64,000 nucleotides of DNA from Pavona decussata (Eukaryota): the NCBI GenBank assembly GCA_977016875.1, contig CDRNST010000045.1, forward strand, positions 124,001 to 188,000, given 5' to 3'. Positions 1-12,099 of the stretch are shown in pieces (the first letter of the stretch is position 1; the number at the start of each line of letters is the position of its first letter). Made by a program: the position numbers and the translations under genes. Under the pieces are notes generated by a model, which saw only the letters and a program-made list of their open reading frames with translations, was not told where the DNA came from and did no database searches.

Positions 1-15
1 AATGCATCCGTATTA

Positions 16-2836
16 CAGTTGAACCAGGTCAAGCGTACCCCTAACATTTGTGACCCTATTTGGGAAAACCAGGCTTAACGAAAATAGCGTTTTAATGCAT
101 TTCCAATGAATTTTAAATGTGTTGATAATGCATTACAACGCGTTGATAATGGTTCTCAACGCATTTGTAATGTTATTCCGTCCATTGTAAAAACGTTGAC
201 AATGTTAGACAAATGCTTAAGAATGGATGAAAATGTTTCTCAACGCGTTGGCAACTTTTTCTAACGTTTGATCCAAATGCTGCACAAAACGTTGAAAACA
301 AAGAACGTTCGGCGCCCCATTGTAACAAAGCTAAACACATTGTCAACACAACCAACAGCGCTTTGTTCACAATCACCAAATTCAATTGAACATCAAAATT
401 CTGCATCTGAGGGAAATTGATTTTGTTTAATTAATAAAGAGCAATTTGCTGCGACTTACATTAAAACTTTTGGGAAGCAACAGCCGATATCCGCCAGAAA
501 TAAACACGCAGAAAAAGAAAATATTGGTTACGGCGTGATTTGTTTGACGGTTTGCCTGCAATCTTGTCATTGATTAGTTCAATAATTTTTCTGTCATGAG
601 TAGCAAGTGAAGGCATCATCAGAAATACTTACAAATTAATACTAAATAGGAGTGAAATTTCCTGAAATGCAATCTTTTACCAAGAGCGACGAGGCAAGGC
701 TACGTTGATAAATCTTCGTCGAATGCGTGGTGTGCGTGACTTGGGATGATGATTTAAGAACGATCAAAATTGCTATACCATAGGTTGCATCTAATCGTGA
801 AAAGCTTGAAGCATTTCAAAGACTTTTTGAAGCTTTGTTTTCAAAGCCAATGAAATCGAACAGTTTACTGAAAATTTATTTATTTTCCCTGGTGATTTTA
901 TACAAACATAACGAAGCAGACACTGAGGCAGACAAGTTCGTGCCACATGTTATGGCTCGTTTTTCGCCTTTTATTTTTATGGTGCTTTATTGCAATGGTT
1001 AGCGAACTGACCGTTTTGATAACTTGACTGCAAAAGGGTTTAATCTGCACTAGTCTAAAAGCAATTTTGGGAGGGCCGCAGAACAAAATTTATTCAGTAT
1101 CAGCAGATCGCGCGTGCGAGATGTTGACATTCCTTTGTTATCCATGTGCCATTCATTCATGTTTTTTTAAAGGAGTCAATGAACTGCAAACTGTGATAAG
1201 CTGTGAAAATCCTACACTGCACAGTAAATGTATATACACGTACACAATATCTCTTGTCAAAACGATAAACAATAAAGCATAACACCTACAATAATATTAA
1301 AGTTTTTCACAAAGGAATGGTTAATTTGAATGCAGTGAGATGTGAGACTCGCTCGATTGTTCAAATCGAATGTCATTTGAAACACATGCATGTAGCAGAC
1401 AGTCTTTTCACCACTACAATTTCGTTCAGCACCGTAAGAACAGAAGCCAAAAAGGTATTAAGTAACAGCAGCCATAGTTTCGCTACGCTTAGCTGCGTTC
1501 TCTGCAAAATTACAGGAAAACTCCATGAATTTGATGTTTCTGCTCAAATTCAAATCGACACGTACATGCTAGAGTTGCTTGCATACGTACTAGACGGTTA
1601 ATGTAAAGATTTAATAACAACAAATAGCATCGGTTCTATGAATGATTTCAAACGGCCGGCTGTTTTATTCAACGCGTTGTCAATGTTTGAAAACGCATTG
1701 ACAATGTTTTCAAATCATTTGAAAATGGACTTGCAACGCATTTTAGTTCCGTTGAAGAACATTGCCAATGTTTCAAGACGCAATGGAAATGCTCTTCAAC
1801 GCATTTTCAATGCGTTGAAAATGCATTACAACGAAAAAACGCTTCAACGCTATATTCGTTAAGCCTGCTTTTCCCAAATAGGGTCACATTTTATCAATGG
1901 ATCGATTGTTTGAAAATTGAACCCATTAGCCGTTTCAAAGAATGCATTCATTTATTCATTGTTAGCGTGGATCGGCTCAAATTAAAATTCGATTCTTATT
2001 TGCTTTTAATTTAAACATTGATCCGCGCTAACAGTAAAAGCAATAGCCTGTAAAATTCAAACTACAGTACATTTGAAACAGTTCGTTTGTTCAAACCGTC
2101 CTGGCATGTTGTTGACACGTTCATTATGCAAGTTCGATCATGGCAAGAGCACAACGGTCAAGCGCTTGGAAGTGAGTCGGGCTGAAAAATTCCAATTTAC
2201 CTTTCCTGTATAGCATTACCCACCTTGTGGCATAAAAAAGCTTAGTATATATTTCAGCAGACTGTCCATTATCCTGCGAAAAATAGCGCAACACATGTGC
2301 GGAAGGTCATTGCCATTGTCGAAAGTCAACTGAATGGACATCTTTCACTTTGAGTTCGCATACTTTTGGTTAATTAATTTGCATATCCTTCAAAAAGAGA
2401 ACTGCTTTATTGTGATAAAACGCTTCCAATCCTTTTTCAATTTTTTGAATAACTAACAGAATAAACGTAAGTGTAAATGTTGTAAAGGTCTATTTAGTGA
2501 TCATTAAACTTATGCGACAGGACCCAATTACACCGTACCCGGTTGAAAATGACGAATTTTCTTTCTGACAGAACGCATTAACAGTTGCAAATAACTAGAA
2601 ATCTGCTTTTTGGAAAATCTACTATTTAGGTTTATATAAATCAAGAATGTCCGCTCTGAATATGTTGAGAGGCGTTTTCCGGCGGGCTTTCTGGTTTTCT
2701 GGTTTCATGCATTGTTCGTATAATCCCATCAGAAATAGAATTTTGATTTGAATTCTTGAAATAACTAACAGGTTCAATTTTTAAATAATAGATTCATTAA
2801 TAGAAGCTAGGGGGTATGCTTGACCTGGCTCGCCTG
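16..2836. mobile_element. Non-autonomous Tc1/mariner/pogo-type TIR element hosting a nested insertion
   Basis: Left end TA|CAGTTGAACCAGGTCAAGCGTACCCCTA matches the reverse complement of the right end TAGGGGGTATGCTTGACCTGGCTCGCCTG|TA; TA flanks both ends. Confidence 0.8.
50..1887. mobile_element. Non-autonomous TIR element with 4-bp ATTT TSD (Sola1-like)
   Basis: TIR GTGACCCTATTTGGGAAAACCAGGCTTAACG (50) versus CGTTAAGCCTGCTTTTCCCAAATAGGGTCAC (ends 1887); ATTT at 46-49 and 1888-1891; many CAACGC/GCGTTG subterminal motifs. An AWWT target is characteristic of Sola1. Confidence 0.8.
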
Positions 2837-3198
2837 TAAGCACTTCTACCTGCGACTTATCTGCGTTTGTAAACACGAAAGTATTCCTTACTTGAATAGC
2901 ACATCATAGCTCACAGTAAAAGCTTGAAAATCCGCTGGTGGTTTAGTGAAATGAGCTACATTTATTCTCAATGAAATAGCTGCCATTCCCAACTTGACGG
3001 ATTATACACAATAACAGAAAGTATTCAGTGTAGATTTTGAAGTTCCCGATGAGTGACTGACTACAAAATACAACTCAAATAAATATCACACTGAGGGATA
3101 AAAATGTTGAAGTATAAATGTCATCGTTAGGATGTTATGATAATCTAAAGCCAAAAATAAATAATTCTTACCCAGGAGTTCCTATTGATGCCACCATG

Positions 3199-3494
3199 TT
3201 ATTATTATTATTATTATAGTATTATAACTTTTATTTACCCTCGGCAGTGTTTATAGCACAAGTGCTAGTGGGGCCGAGCATTAAACTTCATAAAGAAATA
3301 ATACAAATTGAAAACAACATGGTTAAAAATCCGAACTGGCAGGAGGCAGACCAGCTGGCTATTTACAAGTGCGGCCGAGGAGTTGAACTTGGGGCTACCG
3401 AGAAACGACTCCAGCTAGCGGTCAGAGCAGGACTTGAACCCGGGACCTCCGGATTTCAAGTCCGGCGCCCTAACCACTCGACCATGCTGCCTCC
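3199..3494 (-). mobile_element. tRNA-derived SINE
   Basis: Minus strand begins GGAGGCAGCATGGTCGAGTGGTTAGGGCGCCGGACTTGAAATCCGGAGGTCCCGGGTTCAAGTCC (Pol III A and B boxes), continues into a non-tRNA body and ends in a (TAA)n tail. Confidence 0.85.
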
Positions 3495-3760
3495 CTCCTG
3501 TCGGGCCAGAGGATAAGTAACTGCAGTGTACAAAGGCTAAACTTGACCAAATTTAGGAAATCAAAATACTATACTCATGTTATACTTGCGCTGACAAAAA
3601 TGTGGTAAATGGTCCGCTTTTTGCTCCCATACCTGGTGTACACATTGTCACTAAAAAAGGCAGTCAAGCTTTTCCTTTCATTTCAAATTAAGTTTGTCCA
3701 AACACATCACTGACATTTCTTTTTCATCTTATTTTAGTAATGAAGTATTTCCTGTTCCAG

Positions 3761-4017
3761 GAAGCTCTGGACATAATGGTCTCAATCAAGGTAAACTACT
3801 ACTCTGAACCCTAAGTAAATGACATAATTTGATAAAATTATTGAAAATTTGACAAGGTAATTGATAAGATCGAATAATTTATCACATTATTTCTGAATTC
3901 ACAGGTGTAAAAAGAAAACGGGATTCATTAGGTAACTTAAAAAAAACTTTGCAAGGTGGTGTTTGAACAGTTTAAAAAAATATAGAAGAAATTTGAGAAT
4001 TTTAGTTCACACACTCC

Positions 4018-4092
<75 letters not shown>

Positions 4093-4767
4093 TCAATTAG
4101 AAGAACATGGGGGTGAGGGTTTATTGGTGGCCTCACAGAAGAAGACCCTCAAAGTGATGGTGAAAGTAGCTATCATAGTGGCAATCATTTCCAATTCAGA
4201 AGACGATCTATTCTTTTTAGATGGTGAGTTAGTACCCACTTGTCACTTTAAATAAACTACAGTTAATAATAAAGTTCAGGATCTAGGCAATTAATCCACA
4301 AAATTTTCATACTGTTGATAAGTGACAGACTTTTTTTCTAAATTTACAGAAGTGTTGCCCAGTGGCCAGGACAATGAGGAGAGAGATGTGCACGAGGAGG
4401 AAGAGGGAGAGATTGAGCACTGGAGCGAAGAGGAATGGGAGCAATGGGAATTTCCAGGGGAAGATGATGTGGAGGAAGACCAAGAGTATAAGGAAGATGA
4501 AGAGGATGATTATGATGATGATGATGATGAGGAGGAGGAAGAGGAGCAGGAGAAGGAAGAAGACAAGGAGAAGGGAGAAGGAGGTGCCAGTTTTTCGATG
4601 GATCTGTGCGTGGTCTGTGTTACTAGACCACGCAATGCCAGCATAATACATGGTGACACAGGACATCAAGTTTGTTGCCTTGAATGCGCCTCAAGGTTGA
4701 AAATTAAAAGAAGAGATGTTCTGTATGCCGCAAAAATATCAAACTTGTAGTGACAATTTCTTTATAG
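3761..4767 (+). pseudogene. Spliced gene remnant: acidic tract plus MDM2/MDM4-type C-terminal RING, frameshifted
   Basis: AG/GT-bounded candidate exons near 3761-3790, 3905-3931 and 4101-4223. Last exon has a D/E tract, then CVVCVTRPRNASIIHGDTGHQVCCLECASRLK; the closing RCSVCRKNIKLVVTISL* lies in another frame from about 4714. Confidence 0.7.
4021..4091. repeat. (ATT)n microsatellite
   Basis: Pure ATT run within a putative intron. Confidence 0.95.
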
Positions 4768-4811
4768 TGACAGTCAATTGTTGCAACCTTATCAAGTATA
4801 CTAAAACATAG

Positions 4812-5050
4812 AGATATTACATGGCCGTGCGGAGATACGAAATTCCTCTTCAAGTGGGTGTAGCGAACAAGTGAAATATTTTTTAACAAGAGAAGAGAAA
4901 TTTCGTATCTTCAAGCTGCCATGAATATTCTATTTATTATATAAACACCAATTAATACCAAACCTTTTACTTTTTGCTGTGAAGGCAATATTCTATTTAT
5001 TATATAAACACCAATGAATACCAAACCATTCACTTTTTGCTGTGAAGGCG
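4812..5050. repeat. Foldback repeat followed by a short tandem duplication (non-autonomous element end)
   Basis: ATTACATGGCCGTGCGGAGATACGAAATTCCTCTTC is inverted at GAAGAGAAATTTCGTATCTTCAAGCTGCCATG; AATATTCTATTTATTATATAAACACCAAT...TTTTTGCTGTGAAGGC then occurs twice. Confidence 0.7.
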
Positions 5051-6143
5051 TAATTTTTCATACTTTCCTTTATATATTTTGGCTGTTGGGACCCCCACCT
5101 CCAACTCAGAATTTCCAGAGACTTTTGGATGGGGCTAGTATGGATATTTTCTAGAACCTCACAATGTAGGATAATCACCTCAATTTTTCTTGGGGAATAT
5201 TTATTTTTTATTACTAAAAAAGATAATATAATAGGGATTAAATAGGCATTGTGTGGTCATTGCTTTTGCAAATTTAGTGGCTCCTAAAGGGGCCGTTTTT
5301 GTGTCTGGACTAGTTCTGCACGGTGAACTTCAGCCCTCTTGTTCTGCATGGTGGTTGTAAATATTTATGCTCCCTATCTGGTCGTCAGGGGCTTCTTCGT
5401 CATCTGAGCTTTCTTGATTGGCTGACACTTGGCCTACCTTCCAAAAAATTTATCAGCCTTTTTTCAAAACAAGTTGAAAGGGGTATCCGGAAAATGGATG
5501 AAACAAAAGAGGAAGGAAGTATGTACTCGGTCTGAAGCAATTTACGATGTCTCTCTCTGGCCCGTATTATAAAGTTATTTTTGCTTCCTTCACAAACAGC
5601 ATTGTTTTCTTTTATGCCAACGAGTGATTTAAGTTTTTTTATTCAGTCTTTTTTACCCCACGTCCTATATTTCACTATTAAATATTTCTCTCTCCGTATT
5701 CTAGTTTCTGATTGCGGATTACGGATTCCCGTTTCTGGATTCCGCCTTTAAGTGCTGCCCAAGAACTAACGGATCGAGCAAAATGCACAACATTATTTAA
5801 GAAACACTAATAATCTTCACTTGTCTGTATTCTTTAATGACATTAATTTGGGATTACACTTTGAACTGGAATAAACAAAATATTATTTAACACACAAAGT
5901 CTAAGGGGAAGGGGATCATAAAAGGGTTGGGGATTCACTGTGGGAATCATTTCAGGGCCTGAACAACTAATGTAACTGCTTCTGATGATCAGGTTCGTAT
6001 CCGTTTTATCCTATTGCACTTAATTGTCTTAAACAAGTGAGCAAACCATGTTTATAGAGTATTTACTTGCATAACTCCTGTAAGTACATGTGGTTCATGT
6101 AAGTCTAAAATGTAAGGCATTTTTTTCTTCTTATTCATTGCAG

Positions 6144-6537
6144 ATGGTGTTCACAAAATGCCAGTTAGCCAGTTGGAAATGCCCAGTCAGAGCAGAATGA
6201 TAAGGCCTATCGCTGAAAAATTTGTCGAAAGCCTTATGGATGAGATAACACTACGCCTGAAGGAAATTATGAGGCACTTTTTATCTTGTGCAAAGATTGC
6301 GAATCCAAGGCTGACTTTGGAACTGCTAACTTGCATTTGTATACATATGAGGTTATCGGTGGCACACATAATACAACAGCTGCAAAGAAACTTAATTTAC
6401 AGTTTCCTGAAAACCCCCATTATCAGTTCAGATATGCCAGAATTGATGTTGGCTTAAATGATGAAGAAGCATTGTGGCTGGGAACAAAACACAACTTAAC
6501 TGGAGAGTTCCGTCACTCCATTACATTTTTGGAAGAG
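6144..6537 (+). pseudogene. Exon encoding a ParB/sulfiredoxin-like domain, frameshifted
   Basis: Polypyrimidine-CAG acceptor ending 6143 and GAG|GTGATT donor at 6538. Peptide MPVSQLEMPSQSRMIRPIAEKFVESLMDEI / FILCKDC...YEVIGGTHNTTAAKKL...GLNDEEALWLGTKHN resembles the ParB/Srx GxHR motif region; frameshift near 6250. Confidence 0.5.
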
Positions 6538-6879
6538 GTGATTAGTCAAGGGTTTGATGTTATTTTGGCAGTCAAATTTAATATACCATCTACTGCTTTT
6601 ATCAGTACCTGCAATAGGTACACAACGAAAGCAGATGAATTTTGATAAAGTTCAATTCATCATACCATTGGTGGATCCACTAGGTGAGAAGGGGGAGGGG
6701 CTTTATGAAAAAGATTTTTCTTAGCCCTGGTCCAGTGGTAATAATTGGAGAGGGGGCTTGCAAGGACCCCTACCCCTTTTCCACCCCGAAGCAAATCCAT
6801 GAACAAACTTGTTAAAGTAGAAGATAAGGATGACAATAGTTCTCAACAGAAGAAGATCGTTTGTGATTGTCGAAAGAAT

Positions 6880-7960
6880 GCGTAATTAAGTGCAGCGGCA
6901 AGAACAGGAATAGTTTCTGCTGTTTTAGGGAAGGGCGAGTATAGGATAGTCCAAGAGTTTCGACATTTAGAATTGGATGACCATCATTACCGCATGACGG
7001 CAAGACAAAAACGGTGTATGACATTTGCAGACTGCAGACTGCAGACCGCAGACCGTAGACCGCAGACTGTTAATTGTAAAATAATACACATTGAAACATA
7101 AGAATAAATGTGACGTCATCATCAATAAAGCAACCTCAGAAAAAAAAAATTGAAAATCAGCATTGGCCTGGGGCCCTGGGTACGAGGTTGATTTTCCCGT
7201 GTAAAGTTACAACAGCCTCGTTCTCAAGTTGTCTTTAGCTGTAAAGGTAATAACAAGTAGCCGACTGATACATGTGTATTAAGTAATTCTTCAGCAAAGA
7301 AAGTTCGGAATGCGGTGGGATATTGCACAAGAATGTGTAACCCATTGTTTGTACGGCGCGCGGGAAGCGAATATTGAAACATAATATAAACATCCGATTT
7401 GTTTGAGCAATTTGTCTGTGGAATGTTAGAATATAGCAGAAGTGAACTATACCCTGGAATACAAATAAATCGTCGGCCCTATTTGTGATGTGGAAGGAAT
7501 CTAAATACTGTGAATGAGAGACCATTAGTAATAGACGCTATCCGCTTGATCCGCAATTAATAATATGAACACCGCGCGCAGAACCATTTCGCGTTAACAC
7601 GTACCAAACCAATTTTTTTTTGCGAAGGAAATAACATCATGTTAAGGCTCTAGTGGGTAGTTTTAGTATAATTCTTAAAGTGATGCTGGTTATTTAATGA
7701 GTAATGGGCATATTCAGTGTGAAAGCCAAAATCTTAGAGATTTATTAAGCTTATAATATCTCGCCCCTAAATAAATTATTGCAGTGGTCTGAGAATTTTC
7801 GAAAGTATACAGTGTTATGTGTACACTTACCACAGAGAAATTACAACTGGTGAAAACAATTTACAGTCTGCAGTTTGTGGTCTGCGGTCTGCAGTCTGCA
7901 AATGTCATACACCGAGACAAAAAGCAGCACTGAAGCAGGAGTTCTTCACCTGTCACCGAA
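6880..7960 (+). pseudogene. Coding fragment, possibly transposase-associated, split by an insertion
   Basis: Removing 7012-7914 plus one TSD copy restores the frame GKGEYRIVQEFRHLELDDHHYRMTARQK|AALKQEFFTC. Confidence 0.45.
7012..7914. mobile_element. Non-autonomous TIR element with 9-bp TSD (Mutator/MULE-like)
   Basis: TIR CGGTGTATGACATTTGCAGACTGCAGAC at both ends with internal heptamer repeats; perfect TSD AGACAAAAA at 7003-7011 and 7915-7923. Confidence 0.88.
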
Positions 7961-8089
7961 CCAAATCACGACCCTTCCATTGGGTGCCCCAGTTGCCCCA
8001 GAGCGAGAATGGCGACCAGGACAGCCAGTCAAACCTATCAGTGGCACCCAAAAATTCCCAGATTATAATGGTTCCCTATACCGTTTTGC

Positions 8090-8276
8090 CACTGAACTCA
8101 TCCACTGAGTATGAGGGCACTACGACCTCGAAAAAGTGAGGATTTCTCATCAGATCCCTCCTCAAGAATGGAATTATGGAACCAAACAGTTGAATGCGTT
8201 CATCATCACAATTCAGCAATTCTTCTTCATATTCATCATCCAGTATTTCGTACAACAGAACGATCTTGTCCGCCAT
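8090..8276 (-). pseudogene. PIF/Harbinger transposase N-terminal fragment
   Basis: MADKIVLLYEILDDEYEEE...RRDLMRNPHFFEVVVPSYSVDEF resembles the Harbinger N-terminus preceding the F-x-x-H-F-R-M motif; it truncates there. Confidence 0.5.
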
Positions 8277-8731
8277 ATTGAATTACATCACGGCTACCAG
8301 TTCCAGGCTTTACTCTGCAAAATCCTACCACTGTAAGTGGAACAGCAAATCCCATATGGAAATTCCCATTCAGGTTTTGAAACAACCGGTGTTAATTGAG
8401 TCTGTTGTAAATTTATGCAAGGGTTTGTCGGTTGTAATTTATTCATCTCAGCTCTTAAACTTTCAAAAATTAGTTTTCAGAATGTGGAATTTTGACACTG
8501 AAGCCTTGTTAAATATCTATATTATTCCTATATCTGTATTGGAATTTATAGGAGTCTGTTACTTTACCTCTGACCCCCGGAGGTTTGTGCCGCTGCATTT
8601 GGCCAGGGAATACGTTCCCATTTTACCCACTGGGTTTTTGAATTTTTGTATCAGACAGACGCACATGTTTAGCCTGAGATGTACGCTTTTTATATTAATT
8701 TGTTACTTATCTTGTTCTTAGCATATATTCA

Positions 8732-10002
8732 CTGTATTTATTCATCTATAAGCCGAGCGTTTTTTTTACAAAACTTAACCAAAAATGATCTCAAAAATTT
8801 GAGCTAAAGAAAGGTCCTTGGCTTATAGCCGAGTGTTTTTCAAAACAAATTTTTTCTGAAACAGCAAATTCATAGGAAACATAGATTTATTCGTGTATAA
8901 GCCGAGATACTGCATGCAGAAATAAACGACAGAAAAAGTTAAAGTTGGTCGGTGACTTTTACTTATGCAGACGTTTGTTGTTTTCGGCACATAGTAAATA
9001 TGGCTTGGTGTTTGCCCTCAGTGTCAGTGTCGAATTCATCGTCCATCTCCTCTTCATCTGCTTGTTCTGTTGTTTCTTCTGAGTAGATTGCTTCATCTTC
9101 CGTGCCGTCTAGAGCGTTAGAGATCCCACAGTTACAGATACAACAATCACTTCTTCATTTTGTGTATGGATCTTGTAAAAGTGTTTTGATGATTTTGAAA
9201 CTGACCAATCAGACTTGCCTATTCCCACACTTGGTAAACAAACTCATCACATGATATGGTGATGAAATTTGCGATCACGTCAACAGAAAACTTACCTTGG
9301 CTTCTCTGCTCTGTAAACCAATCAAGTGATCTATCATCCAGCTACAGATATTTCGGAGTGTAACGGCCTATCGTTGTGCGTTTTGCTGACATCTTGAGCT
9401 CTCCAAAAAAAGAGGTTTTCTTGATCTTTCCTCCAGCGGCAGACCATAGACTCACTGATGCTGTACTCTCTTTTCGACCGTTTGGGCTTCTGTGACAATT
9501 TTCAGTTTAAACGCAAGATTGTATGAACAATGACAAGCTTTAGACATGATGATTGATAAACTTTCAACTATTTGCAAGCGTGAGACAGCAATCTGAACTC
9601 AGATGAATCATTGCTCTATATCCTTGATCGGATCAATTTGATCAATTAATTTCTTCCGTTCTCAATTAAACTACCAATAAAATTTAAATAAAGTTTTAGT
9701 AAATGCTGTGGAAATGCGTGTTTTCTGAGAGGGATTCTTTTCTTAAGTTCGCGTTAATTATCAACACAATAAGCTTACAAGCATTTTTCATTGTTTACGG
9801 TAATACTGCATTGAAACACTTTTCTATTTCGAGACTTTCGAGTTCATTTCAATTTGTTTGAGAATGGAATTCTCTGAATATGGTCTCAGCTTATAACTGA
9901 GTATTTTCAATTTACATGTTTAAAAACCTTCCCAAATAATACAGGCAGAAGTGTAGGGTCTTGGCTAATAGCCGAGGTCAGCTTATAGATGAATAAATAT
10001 GG
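8732..10002 (-). mobile_element. Internally deleted pogo-type element
   Basis: TIR CTGTATTTATTCATCTATAAGC versus GCTTATAGATGAATAAATATGG|TA. Minus strand keeps the N-terminal HTH (MSKACHCSYNLAFKLKIV...SESMVCRWRKDQ...DWFTEQRSQG) and the C-terminus (CGISNALDGTEDEAIYSEE); the DDE core is absent. Confidence 0.8.
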
Positions 10003-10194
10003 TAATTGGTATCTATGCATGAGGACGGCTCTCAGTTCGAGCTGCACACCCACTTCCGTGGTTGAGGCAGTGAGGAATCGTGGATGAAATTTTCAAGGGG
10101 TCATGTTTCTGAATGGGATTTTTCCGAGGGTTGGACAATTTAGTCACAAAATTATCGGGGGGGGGGGTGTGGATATTGAATGGAATGGCCCCCA

Positions 10195-10626
10195 GATAGC
10201 AATACTCATCTGAGATGTTTCAAGAGGTTAGAAAACAGAAAGAGTTTTGTCGAAACTGGCTTTTTTAAACATCGAAATTGTATCTGTCCCTGCAAACATG
10301 ACTCATTTGTTCAGCCTTTAGACTTAACAGTTAATGGCCAGGCTAAGTAATCCTGCAAAGAGAAGTTTACCACCTGGTACTCGGGAGAAGTTCAAAGGTA
10401 GTTAGACAGTGGGACAAGCTTTGAAGACATAGAGGTTGATCTTAGGATGTCAGTAATCAAGCCAATTCACGCAGGCTGACCTGTTACTTCATATGACTAT
10501 CTGACCAGCGCTGAAGGAAGGACATGTATCCTCAAGGGATGAGAGAAGGCAGGAGTCACGGAGATTGCCAACAGAGACAAACCACTACCACTTGTTGATC
10601 CATTTGAAGAAATCTATCAGGCTTGA
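10195..10626 (+). pseudogene. pogo/DDE_1 transposase C-terminal fragment
   Basis: IEIVSVPANMTH..QPLDLTVNGQAK...KFTTWYSGEVQR*LDSG...VDLRMSVIKPIHAG* with stops and frameshifts. Confidence 0.75.
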
Positions 10627-11156
10627 TTGGTGTCATTAGAATGTTAACAGTTAGGTACTTGTAAAAGGAGCATTGACTTTTTATGACAATGTAACTTAAA
10701 TATGAGTGAGGACAGCATTAAGATATGACATCACATTTGCAGTTTCACTTGCTTCAATCAAAATTAAGTTTCAGAACGTTGTATGATTTTGATTTAAATG
10801 AAGCTATTGACGTTTATGATTTAATCACATAAGTGTTATATTGTTGTCATAACAGTTTTGAATAACTTAATTCGACAAAGTTTCACTTCGTGAAATTGCA
10901 AAAATTAAGTGACTAATGTTCCAAAATTTAGGAAACATCGATAAATTAAAGTGCAGCTTAATCAGTAGATTTCATTACTATTATTATGTAAATTACCTTG
11001 ATAATAGGTAAATTTTAGCCTAGTTTGTAATAATATCAGCCAATTGTACATTTACGCAATTCAGCCACTTAGCTGCAATGTAAATTGATCTACTAAACCT
11101 ATCTATCCCCTCTCATGTCTATCTATCTACCCACGTGTTTGCACTGGTATTAATAG

Positions 11157-11565
11157 GAAACATTAGAATCTTCTGATGCAGTTCTGATTGACTGTCTCAA
11201 CTGTGGGGAAAAGGTAGCACTGAGCGAGTGGCATGTAGATGACAGCAAGTGTTAATGGGGTGCCAGTTGTTCTGGGTCTTCAGAAGAAAGTTTTCTAAAT
11301 GGTGGGTCTGCTGATATCAAAGGTGAAAGCCTTTAAACGCCAAGTTTACACAGAGGTAAGAAATTTCTCAGTGCAGTTGAGGATACACGTACCTACAACT
11401 TGCATAAGACTTAAAGGGAATTCCTGTTATTTTTTTCTAGGATGCCTGGTAGACACTCTTAAGGAAATGTTTCCAGGAGGAACTGAAGAGAATCTAACAA
11501 CAACTCTTACAAAAATAAATTTGACCTAGAGTCATCAGTAAATGAAGTTTTGTTCGAAAAAGCAG
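11157..11565 (+). pseudogene. Two-exon remnant with a UBZ-like zinc finger and a CUE-like domain
   Basis: Exon 11157-11355 (donor GTAAGA) encodes CLNCGEKVALSEWHVDDSKC*. Exon 11441-11565 (donor GTGAG) encodes LVDTLKEMFP...NKFDLESSVNEVL, with the MFP CUE motif; frameshifted. Confidence 0.5.
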
Positions 11566-12099
11566 GTGAGAGTATTTTAATAATTATGTATGTTGGGTCG
11601 AAGTGACATAAGTAAGGAAAAAAGCTCCTGGACATGGATATAGTAATTGATGAAATCCTTACCACATCATGCACTGCACTAGTGGGAGAAAGGTGAAATT
11701 TAAGATGCTCATCACAGAAGAAAAATTTATACATGATACCATTACATTTCCTTCTTTAGAAACAAAAAGAGAACAACTGAATTAATTAGTGAAAACCAGT
11801 GATTCACTGTCTTTGAAAAGGCCACCGCAACAAAATAAAAGTACTGGATCCTGTAGTGAAGGATCTAACCGGCAAAAAAATTGTAAAACAAATAAGCTAA
11901 AAAAAAAAAAAAAGAGTAAGGCTGATGGTCAGGGAAATAAGAGATTAGTGGACCCATCCACTAATCATATTCAACCCATCAACGCCCCTATCATCACCAC
12001 TGCTAATACTTCTACACTCGTACCCAATCATAGACGTCAATGCAAATGGAAAACGACAACCAACAGATACTGGAGATGCGACAATCATAACATTCAATT

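Noticed and set aside
3410-3494. tRNA gene
   Set aside because: A and B boxes are present, but the sequence runs into a SINE body and simple-repeat tail with no acceptor-stem closure or terminator. The same applies to 59255-59330.
4307-4669. Hydrophobic minus-strand ORF resembling a membrane protein
   Set aside because: It is the antisense reading of the GAR/GAY acidic tract.
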